64,000 bases of DNA from Magnetococcales bacterium (GTDB lineage Bacteria; Pseudomonadota; Magnetococcia; Magnetococcales; JADFWU01): assembly GCA_015234045.1 (NCBI GenBank), contig JADFWU010000015.1:1521-65520 (forward strand). The letters run 5' to 3'. Under the pieces are notes generated by a model. The model saw only the letters and a program-made list of their open reading frames with translations, was not told the DNA's origin and did not search any database. Below are positions 37,470-44,774 of this stretch, piece by piece; within the stretch, counting starts at the first letter, position 1, and every line of letters begins with the position of its first letter. A program made the position numbers and the translations under genes.

Positions 37470-38705
37470 ATGATGGATAGACGGTTTAAGTCTGCAAAAA
37501 CCTGGTTAAGCAGTATAACAGCCGTGCTGGTCATGGGGTTGTTTCTGAGTGGCTGTCAAGAGAAGCCTAAAGCAGCTGTTTCCGAAATGGATAATCCCTG
37601 GCATCACTATGCTCAGGGTATGGAAGCACTGGATGAAGGCCGTGTGGATCGCGCCTCTGCCAAGTTCAGTCGAGCCATAGCACTTTCCGAGGATTTTTCA
37701 CCAGCCCTGGCTGGCCAAAGTCTGATCATGGCCCTTAAGGCCGCTGATCAGGAAGATGCTGGTCACCGCCGTGTTGATTGGGAAAAAGCGGAAGATCTGC
37801 TTGATGCGGCCAGAAGTGCAGCGGATACCGATGCCGATACTTTTATCTACCAAACCACTGCAATTCGTGTTCTGACGGCAGCCCAACCTGATCGTTGGAT
37901 TGACAAAGCCCGTATTCACCATGTCAGTGCGCTGGAAGTGGATGATCTAAAAGATACTGATTTGCCTTACTATCAGTACAAAGCCGCTGCCGATTACTTC
38001 ATGGCCGAGGCGTGGTTTAAAGCGGACTTCCGTAAAGCACCTCAGTTGTTGACCAAAGTACTGGGAGCGCGCGGAGATGGTAAATGGCAAGGGCCAGCCG
38101 ACAAATTGTATCAACGGGTTCAGAAAATCATCCGGGCTTCTGCTGGCCATATGGTGAGCGGTAAAGCGTTGCAGATTGCCATCAAAGATTCAGTCACACG
38201 TGGGGATGCGGCTGCTCTGTTGGTTGATGAGTTGAAACTCGATAAACTTCTGGCCGGTCGGATTCGGGTTGCTTCAGTTGAGGCTAATCGTAAAGCTGAA
38301 TACACACCGGCTGATGTGTTGAATCATCCGTTCCGTGATGAAATCAGCACCATGATGAAGTGGCGTGTTCGTGGACTTGAGCCTAACTATGATGAGTCCA
38401 CACGTGCTTGGCTGTTTAAACCACAGGACTCCGTTCCTCGGAAAGATCTGGCTTTGGCCTTAGAGGATGTGCTGATTGGTCTAACAAAGGATCAGGGCAT
38501 TGCAACAGCTCATATCGGAGCAGAACGTTCGCCCTATCCTGATGTTTCTCCTAATCTGCCTTGGTTTAATGCGTGTATGACCTCGGTCACACGGGGATTG
38601 ATGCAGTTGGGATTGTCCGGTGAGTTTCGTCCTGATGAGCCGGTCAGTGGTGCTGATCTTCTATTGGCTGTTTTTAAACTGCGCAGCGTAATGAACATTC
38701 ACTGA
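37470..38705 (+). CDS. lipoprotein with N-terminal TPR-like region and three C-terminal SLH-like repeats (cluster gene D)
   Basis: The lipobox is LFLSGC|QEKP. The SLH-like units are ..DSVTRGDAAALLVDEL, DVLNHPFRDEISTMMKWRVRGL....LFKPQDSVPRKDLALALEDVL and YPDVSPNLPWFNACMTSVTRGLM...GEFRPDEPVSGADLLLAVFKL. Confidence 0.6.
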   Translation: MMDRRFKSAKTWLSSITAVLVMGLFLSGCQEKPKAAVSEMDNPWHHYAQGMEALDEGRVDRASAKFSRAIALSEDFSPALAGQSLIMALKAADQEDAGHRRVDWEKAEDLLDAARSAADTDADTFIYQTTAIRVLTAAQPDRWIDKARIHHVSALEVDDLKDTDLPYYQYKAAADYFMAEAWFKADFRKAPQLLTKVLGARGDGKWQGPADKLYQRVQKIIRASAGHMVSGKALQIAIKDSVTRGDAAALLVDELKLDKLLAGRIRVASVEANRKAEYTPADVLNHPFRDEISTMMKWRVRGLEPNYDESTRAWLFKPQDSVPRKDLALALEDVLIGLTKDQGIATAHIGAERSPYPDVSPNLPWFNACMTSVTRGLMQLGLSGEFRPDEPVSGADLLLAVFKLRSVMNIH

Positions 38706-38805
38706 GATTGGGGCTGAGTGATGCATCGGTTTTGTATCTATTGATGGCGTGCTCAAAGATAGATGGATTGCAAGCATACTTTGAAAAAATGGAACTGAGG
38801 GGGAT

Positions 38806-40809
38806 ATGGTGAAGCCAGACCAAATGAATCATAAAAAAGGCATGTGGTTGAGTGGATTGCTCATGCTGATGGCCTTGGTGTTTGCTGCCTGTGCGCCTGT
38901 GGAAGAGTTTGCCAAACGTGCGGATCAGATGGAAGCGCGTGGCCAATATTCATCAGCAGTCCGGGAGTTGCAAAAAGGGTTGAAAGAAGCGCCTGGCAAT
39001 CCGCTACTCACCAAGTCCATGCAGCGTATTAAAACCAACTGGGCTAATCACACATTGGGTGAAGCGCGTTCTGCTTCCCGAGATATGGACCAATCCCTTG
39101 CTCGGCGTCTTAAAGCAGGTCTGACACTCGCCAAACAGGCAAAAAATATTGCTGATACAGCGGCAATCTCCTCTTTCATCACCAAGATGGAAGCGGAGCT
39201 AAAATCAATCAGCGATCGACAGAGAAAGTGTATTGAAGCGGGCAATGAAGCGCTGAAAAATGAGAGCGTCATTGATGCCGCACGTACTACGTTGCGCCGC
39301 TGTATTGAGGAGGATCCAGACAATAGTGAGGTGCAGGACCTTTCTGCAAAGGTTAACCGCCGTTGGGGTGACAAGGTCTATATGGAGGCCGATGAAGCCC
39401 TGAAAAAAGGTCAGGAAGAGCTGGCTTTGATGCTGATTGATCGTCTATTGAAAGTGGATGCCAAATATCCTGGTGCTGTTTTGCTCCGCAAACAGGCAGA
39501 TGGTGCCGCAACTGCCCGGCGTCGCCTTGTTAAGGTGCGTTCTTTCATGGAAGAAGGGGCTTCACTGCGTGCTCTGGAGGCCTATCGTAGCATTGATCCC
39601 AACAATGTCCGGGTCAATGAAAGTTTGGCGGTGGAGATGGATAGCATCGTTGAACAGTTGGGTAATACGCTTCTGCGTCAAGCACGTGATTTGATGGCGA
39701 CGCGCCGTTTGGGTAAAGCCATGTTGCGTTTAGAAGGAGCTGTGGATGTTTTGCCCAGTGTGCGGTTTACACCAGAGGCTGAGTCAATCATTCGGAAACT
39801 GGAAAATCGTGCATTGTCGTTTCAAGATGAAGGGCTACTGGGTAATGCCTATTATGCTTTTCTGAAGTTGAAAAAAATTGCTCAGTGGGGTGGACGCAAT
39901 CGGGATGTGATGGATGAACTTCATCATCAACTGCGTGAACGCAACATCGTGACTATCAGTTTGGTTGATTTCGGTACGCCATCCAATGAACCAGATGCAG
40001 GCACCTATTTCACTTCTCAGCTGACCAATATGCTTTTTGAGCGTCGTGAATCTGATCTGAAAATCGTTGAACGTGAGCGGATCAAGGATGTCATCAAGGA
40101 ACTTCAGCTGGACACCAGTGGTATGACCAGTATGGAGAGTGCCAAGAAGATTGGTCATATCCAAGGTATTGACTACTTCATCTTTGGCAATGTGGTGGAG
40201 TATCAGGTAGAAACCGTTGATCAACCAACACAGCGAACCGTAAAAGTGGAAGTGGGACGCAGAAAAATTCCCAACCCTGCATTCCAGACCTTTATTCTGA
40301 TGAATCCCAATACCTGGCAGGAGATGATGCGTCAGGGTGTGGCACCTCAAAAGACCATTGAAGAGGCGCAGCATCAGCTCATTCAGTTCCAGGAGGGCAC
40401 GATTGCCAAGCGTACTACCGGCAATCTCTATATGCGTATCATTGAGGTCGAACGGGGTGATATTTTTACCACTCGTGCGTTTAAGAAAAAGCACGAAGAG
40501 TCGGACCACTATTCCGATGGGGTTGGATTGGCGAATATCCAGGCTGATCCCAAGGAAATTGCCAGTGATAAAGCGATGCTGGGTAAAATTTCCAAAGAGA
40601 TTCTGGATGAAGCATCCTCCTTTGTGCTCGACCTGTTTGCCGACCGCGAAACGTCCAAATCAACCACAGCGGCTAATCTGGTAAAGCAGGGTGATATGCT
40701 TTCTGCGGTTGAGAAGTGGGTGGATGCATGGATGATTGCTGAAACAAAGAAAAAAGAGGTTAAACCATTTGTTCAGGGTGCAACTGACGCAGTCCTGGAA
40801 GCGTGGTAG
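38806..40809 (+). CDS. lipoprotein: long TPR/helical N-region fused to a CsgG/LpoB/FlgO-like C-domain (cluster gene E, 667 aa)
   Basis: The lipobox is LVFAAC|APVEE. The C-domain is IVTISLVDFGTPSNEPDAGTYFTSQLTNMLFERRESDLKIVERERIKDVIKELQLDTSGMTSMESAKKIGHIQGIDYFIFGNVVEY. It follows the CsgG-family pattern (vaV..F.n......g..l...L...L.....f.vvER..l..vl.E..l..sG........ig...GadylifG.v). Confidence 0.62.
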   Translation: MVKPDQMNHKKGMWLSGLLMLMALVFAACAPVEEFAKRADQMEARGQYSSAVRELQKGLKEAPGNPLLTKSMQRIKTNWANHTLGEARSASRDMDQSLARRLKAGLTLAKQAKNIADTAAISSFITKMEAELKSISDRQRKCIEAGNEALKNESVIDAARTTLRRCIEEDPDNSEVQDLSAKVNRRWGDKVYMEADEALKKGQEELALMLIDRLLKVDAKYPGAVLLRKQADGAATARRRLVKVRSFMEEGASLRALEAYRSIDPNNVRVNESLAVEMDSIVEQLGNTLLRQARDLMATRRLGKAMLRLEGAVDVLPSVRFTPEAESIIRKLENRALSFQDEGLLGNAYYAFLKLKKIAQWGGRNRDVMDELHHQLRERNIVTISLVDFGTPSNEPDAGTYFTSQLTNMLFERRESDLKIVERERIKDVIKELQLDTSGMTSMESAKKIGHIQGIDYFIFGNVVEYQVETVDQPTQRTVKVEVGRRKIPNPAFQTFILMNPNTWQEMMRQGVAPQKTIEEAQHQLIQFQEGTIAKRTTGNLYMRIIEVERGDIFTTRAFKKKHEESDHYSDGVGLANIQADPKEIASDKAMLGKISKEILDEASSFVLDLFADRETSKSTTAANLVKQGDMLSAVEKWVDAWMIAETKKKEVKPFVQGATDAVLEAW

Positions 40810-40813
40810 CGTT

Positions 40814-41938
40814 ATGCGACAACTTATTGCTCTGTTTTTCTGTTTGTCGCTGATAGGTATCGTGGCACCTGACACTGGAATGGCTCAGGAGCTTGTTGTC
40901 ACTGGTATGGCTGATCTTGAAGAGTTTCGGGATCGTGGTCGTGCGCGGGATGAAGCGCTGAAGGATGCATTGGTCAAAGCAGTTGAACAGGGACTTGGGG
41001 TTCAGATTCAGGCCGAATCCCAGGTTTCAAATGGTATGCTTGGTCGGGATGATGTGTTGTCTCGCACTGGTGGTTTTGTCAAATCACATCAAATCATTCG
41101 GGAGTGGGTTGATTCAGATCTGTTTTATGTCAAAGTTAAGGTTCTCTTACAAAAAGGGAGTGTTGCTGACGACAAACAGGGAAAAGGGATGGTTAAACAG
41201 TGCCAGCACCGTCCACGGATGGTATTGATAGTTGACGGGGCGGAGCGTGCTCAGACGCGAGAGATGGAAGGTGTGTTTTTTCGCGCTTTGAAGAAACAGG
41301 GCTTTCCGAGTGTCGATCCGGAAGTTGTGCGCTCATCTCTGGCCCGTCAAGCTGCTGCGATGGATGTGGCAGGTTATGAAAAAGCAGGGCGTTCAGTGGC
41401 GCTTCAGTATGGTGGTGAAGTATTGGTGAAGGTTGCTGTTGAAAGTCAACAGCAGGGTGGTGGAAGCTACGGTGATATGAAACTGCCGGGCACTGTACGT
41501 TCAATCATTACTGCTCGTGCCGTTCGTGTTGATTCTGGTGAAGTGATCGCCAGTGCGGATGATGCCATCTCAGGTGGCGCGCGGCGTATGAGTAGCTCAG
41601 CACGACGTATGGCAAATAAGATTGCCCAGAAGTTGGGCAATTCCATCTGGAAAAGTTGGCAGTCTCAGTGTTATGACAAAGATGTCCTGACCTTGATATT
41701 GACTGGCAAAGATGTGTGTGCCAAATCTCTACAGTTTGGTCAGTATATCAAAGATAAGATGCGCGGCGTAAAAGCCATGCATATCAGAGCTTGTTTAGGC
41801 GCAAGTGCCACGGTCGAATTAGAGTATCAAGGCAAGCCGCAGGCATTTATAACAAAGCTGAAATCCATGCGCGGTTTACCGAATCGTTATTCTCTGGTCG
41901 GCTTTACTGCCAATCAGGTATCATTGGAATTGAAGTAA
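40814..41938 (+). CDS. secreted FlgT-N-like / TolB-N-like multidomain protein (cluster gene F, paralog of A)
   Basis: The signal is MRQLIALFFCLSLIGIVAPDTGMA|QE. RGRARDEALKDALVKAVEQGLGVQIQAESQVSNG is collinear with gene A. The ATG lies 4 nt after the E stop. The track start at 40736 is rejected. Confidence 0.6.
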   Translation: MRQLIALFFCLSLIGIVAPDTGMAQELVVTGMADLEEFRDRGRARDEALKDALVKAVEQGLGVQIQAESQVSNGMLGRDDVLSRTGGFVKSHQIIREWVDSDLFYVKVKVLLQKGSVADDKQGKGMVKQCQHRPRMVLIVDGAERAQTREMEGVFFRALKKQGFPSVDPEVVRSSLARQAAAMDVAGYEKAGRSVALQYGGEVLVKVAVESQQQGGGSYGDMKLPGTVRSIITARAVRVDSGEVIASADDAISGGARRMSSSARRMANKIAQKLGNSIWKSWQSQCYDKDVLTLILTGKDVCAKSLQFGQYIKDKMRGVKAMHIRACLGASATVELEYQGKPQAFITKLKSMRGLPNRYSLVGFTANQVSLELK

Positions 41939-41993
41939 GGCGAATTCGGGATTTATAAATAACCGCCAAGTGACACAAACAAAGGGTGGATTG

Positions 41994-42869
41994 ATGAAAC
42001 AACGGATTAGTTCGAAATGGGCAACAGTGGGCACCATGATGGTTGCTCTGTTTGGTTGGTTTGCCTTGGCTGGAGGGCTACAGGCAAACACGGATGGTGA
42101 AGGGTTTGAGACCATCTCCGATCAGTTTGATATCTTCAATAAAGGCTATATCCAAGTAGTCGGATATTCTGAAGCTGGTCAGAGCCGATTTCGTGCGGTA
42201 CGTGCTGCAACGGTTGTGGCACAACGTGATATTTTGGAAATATTCAAAGGCGTTGCCGTTGATGGTGAGACCACCGTCAATGATGGTATGCTCGAAAGTG
42301 ATGTCATTCGGACTCGAGTGAGTGGATTTTTGCGCGGTGCTCAGAAATGTGGTGTTCGTTACGATGCCCGTGAGCGCTATGCGGAAGTGTGTTTGCGTCT
42401 CTACATGCACGGTGAAAAAGGGGCATACAAAGCCATTCTTCCTACACTTCAGGAACAGGGAATGGTGCAACAAGGTATGAGTGGTGGTATCCAAAACGTG
42501 AACAGTGCGCCAGCTGTTTCCAGTGAGCCTGAGTTTGATGGCTTGGTTATAGAAATGGCTGGAAAGAACTTCAAGCCTGCCATTGTTAATCGGATTCTTG
42601 CGGACAATGGTAACGTGATTTTTGATCCGTCCAAAATCGTCAATGCCATTCTGATAGAGCGTGGCTGTGGTGGGTTTACCAATAAAGTGGACAAAGCTAA
42701 AGGTCTGCTCGCCTCCTGGGGTGTTAAAAAGCCTTTGATTGTCAAAGCGCATGACACCAATAAGGGCACAGATGTGATTGTGACTTCGAGCCATGCTGCT
42801 TCTATTACTGCATCGGACCAGGTCAGCAGTTATCTGTCACAAGCCAAAGTAGTGTTCGTGGTTAACTGA
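41994..42869 (+). CDS. secreted LPP20/FlgP-like protein (cluster gene G)
   Basis: The signal is ...MMVALFGWFALAGGLQA|N. The LPP20-like core is GYSEAGQSRFRAVRAATVVAQRDILEIFKGVAVDGETTVNDGMLESDVIRTRVSGFLRGA. The C-domain GLVIEMAGKNFKPAI is shared with gene K. Confidence 0.62.
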   Translation: MKQRISSKWATVGTMMVALFGWFALAGGLQANTDGEGFETISDQFDIFNKGYIQVVGYSEAGQSRFRAVRAATVVAQRDILEIFKGVAVDGETTVNDGMLESDVIRTRVSGFLRGAQKCGVRYDARERYAEVCLRLYMHGEKGAYKAILPTLQEQGMVQQGMSGGIQNVNSAPAVSSEPEFDGLVIEMAGKNFKPAIVNRILADNGNVIFDPSKIVNAILIERGCGGFTNKVDKAKGLLASWGVKKPLIVKAHDTNKGTDVIVTSSHAASITASDQVSSYLSQAKVVFVVN

Positions 42870-42878
42870 TTGACCTGA

Positions 42879-42941
42879 GTTACGTGCAATAAGCACGTGC
42901 CCTTTTCTGTGCCTTGCTGAGAGACCAATATTCTGCGTGAC
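42879..42941. repeat. R2 repeat, degenerate copy d (63 bp), in the G/H spacer
   Basis: GTTACGtGCAAT (42879-90) pairs with CTGCGTgAC (42933-41). The ends are diverged from the R2 consensus, and there is an internal ACGTGC..GCACGT hairpin. Confidence 0.35.
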
Positions 42942-42998
42942 TGGGACAATCAATTTTTTCGAGGTCCTGAAAAGGCGCTCTATTATGGTGGATCTGTA

Positions 42999-44774
42999 AT
43001 GATCAGAAGGCAGTCAAATATAGGGATACCCGGCTATTGTCCGGGTATCCTTTTTTGGCATTGTGTCACTGTTTATCGGTGTACAGCCTTAATTTTTTTT
43101 ATTTCTGCATTTATTGCTGCATCACTGCTTGCTCCATCACTGGCTCAGGCGGACTCTGATGTAACTGACTCTTATGCGTTCCAATCCCTTGAAAGACCAG
43201 TAAGTGCTTTACGGCGGCGTGAACCGCTTATTTCTCAGTTTATCAATATCAAGAGTGAAAAGTTATTGATGCGTGGCAAAGTGGTTATCCGCTCGCTGCG
43301 TCCTTTGTATGTTGAAGTGGTACTGAGTCAAACAAGTGGTCAACCCTGGGATATTTTGCAAAAAATATCGTCTTGGGTAACTTTGCCTACCAAGGACTTA
43401 TTGTGGCTTCAATCAATTCCTGAAATTACAGCGCGAAATGTTCATCTGGTGTTTTCCAATGTACATGGGCGTTTTTATATGGAGTGGCTCTCTGCGCAGC
43501 GGATTGATATATCTCAAGGGTGGTTGGATCAGGTCCGTGCCAGGGTTTTGGATGGATTGGGGCGCTGGAGTCTTCAGTGGCAGAAAGGTTGGTTGTCGTC
43601 TCTACCAGTGGGTGAAGGATTCTGGAAAGGGGTGCGTGATCTCTCCAGTGAGTGGGTTACACTTTCGGGTGAGGGGGGTGATCAACTTCAGATTCAAGCG
43701 CAAAAATTGGATATGGCCGGCATGACAGTGAATGGACTGATGGGACGGCTTCAGCGATTGGACCATATTAACCGTCAGCGGCATTGGCAACTCTATTCCA
43801 GCACTGTTGATTTTATTCTGGATAAGTTGCATTCCCATTTGAGAAGTACGCCTGCAATTTGGCAGTATATGCAAGTTCATTTGGCTCAACAGGGTGTTGA
43901 TGATCAGATGATTTTTTCAGGTCAGGCCAGGGTGGATAAAGTGCGCCTCTCCTGTCAGATGTCCGACCAGGATCAACCGTTGTGGTCTACGCTTTCCTTG
44001 AATGGTCATGCGGCGTTGACGCATGTGAACCTGAAGTCAACGCCGGATGGTGTGCGATTACTTGAAATACCGGCTCTGACCTTTGATCTTACTCGGCAAC
44101 AGGATGGACAGTGGCAGCTTGCTAATTCTCAAGGCGTTTTTGAGCATCAGGGTGGTCGTTTAAAGGTCAAGTCCTTGGATCTTACATGGCCGAAGATCTC
44201 CTCGGTAAGTCGCGGACAAGTTGAAGCGGTAGCTTGGCCTGTTGGTCAATGGCGGCTAAATGGCAGTTTGGGGGGAGATCGTGCCAGCGGAATTGATTTT
44301 GAAGGTCGATTCACTCTTAATAGTCTGCCCGGTCAACTCAGATTAACCGGTCGGGTAACGGCGCAGGAGGGTATCGCGGAAGATGCTGCTCTGGTGCGGC
44401 TCTATCAATTGGACTTGCCACTCTGGAGTGTGCAGCAGCAAAATGTTCATACCATGCTGCATCTATCCAGAGATATCAATACGCCGGTACAAATGGAGAT
44501 TGATCAGCTTCAGGTAGAAGGTCAAACCGTATTGAACCAAATCCTAATGCGTGTAATCAACAAGGATACTTCTTCTCTGCCTGAGAGCAGTCTCATTGCC
44601 TTTTGGCAGGGGGGGGATAAGTGCGGTCAAGCTTGGCAAGGTGGCGCACGTTTTTCGTCGGATATGGCATCCTGGTGGATGATTGATGATAAGGATGAGG
44701 GTATGCACAACGGATTGTCACAGTTGGTGTCTGGTTGTTCACAACAGGTCATACTGGGAGAGTCTATCCAGTGA
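42999..44774 (+). CDS. large exported/membrane-anchored protein, unknown family (cluster gene H, 591 aa)
   Basis: The hydrophobic N-segment is ALIFFISAFIAASLLAPSLAQA|DSD. The sequence is W/Q/L-rich and looks beta-rich. A possible AsmA/TamB-like character is speculation only. The start is uncertain (see the terminator-like hairpin at 43024-43056). Confidence 0.5.
   Translation: MIRRQSNIGIPGYCPGILFWHCVTVYRCTALIFFISAFIAASLLAPSLAQADSDVTDSYAFQSLERPVSALRRREPLISQFINIKSEKLLMRGKVVIRSLRPLYVEVVLSQTSGQPWDILQKISSWVTLPTKDLLWLQSIPEITARNVHLVFSNVHGRFYMEWLSAQRIDISQGWLDQVRARVLDGLGRWSLQWQKGWLSSLPVGEGFWKGVRDLSSEWVTLSGEGGDQLQIQAQKLDMAGMTVNGLMGRLQRLDHINRQRHWQLYSSTVDFILDKLHSHLRSTPAIWQYMQVHLAQQGVDDQMIFSGQARVDKVRLSCQMSDQDQPLWSTLSLNGHAALTHVNLKSTPDGVRLLEIPALTFDLTRQQDGQWQLANSQGVFEHQGGRLKVKSLDLTWPKISSVSRGQVEAVAWPVGQWRLNGSLGGDRASGIDFEGRFTLNSLPGQLRLTGRVTAQEGIAEDAALVRLYQLDLPLWSVQQQNVHTMLHLSRDINTPVQMEIDQLQVEGQTVLNQILMRVINKDTSSLPESSLIAFWQGGDKCGQAWQGGARFSSDMASWWMIDDKDEGMHNGLSQLVSGCSQQVILGESIQ
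43024..43056 (+). terminator. canonical intrinsic-terminator-like hairpin inside the annotated 5' end of gene H
   Basis: GGATACCCGG-ctattgt-CCGGGTATCC, a perfect 10-bp stem, is followed by TTTTTT (43051-43056). Confidence 0.5.
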
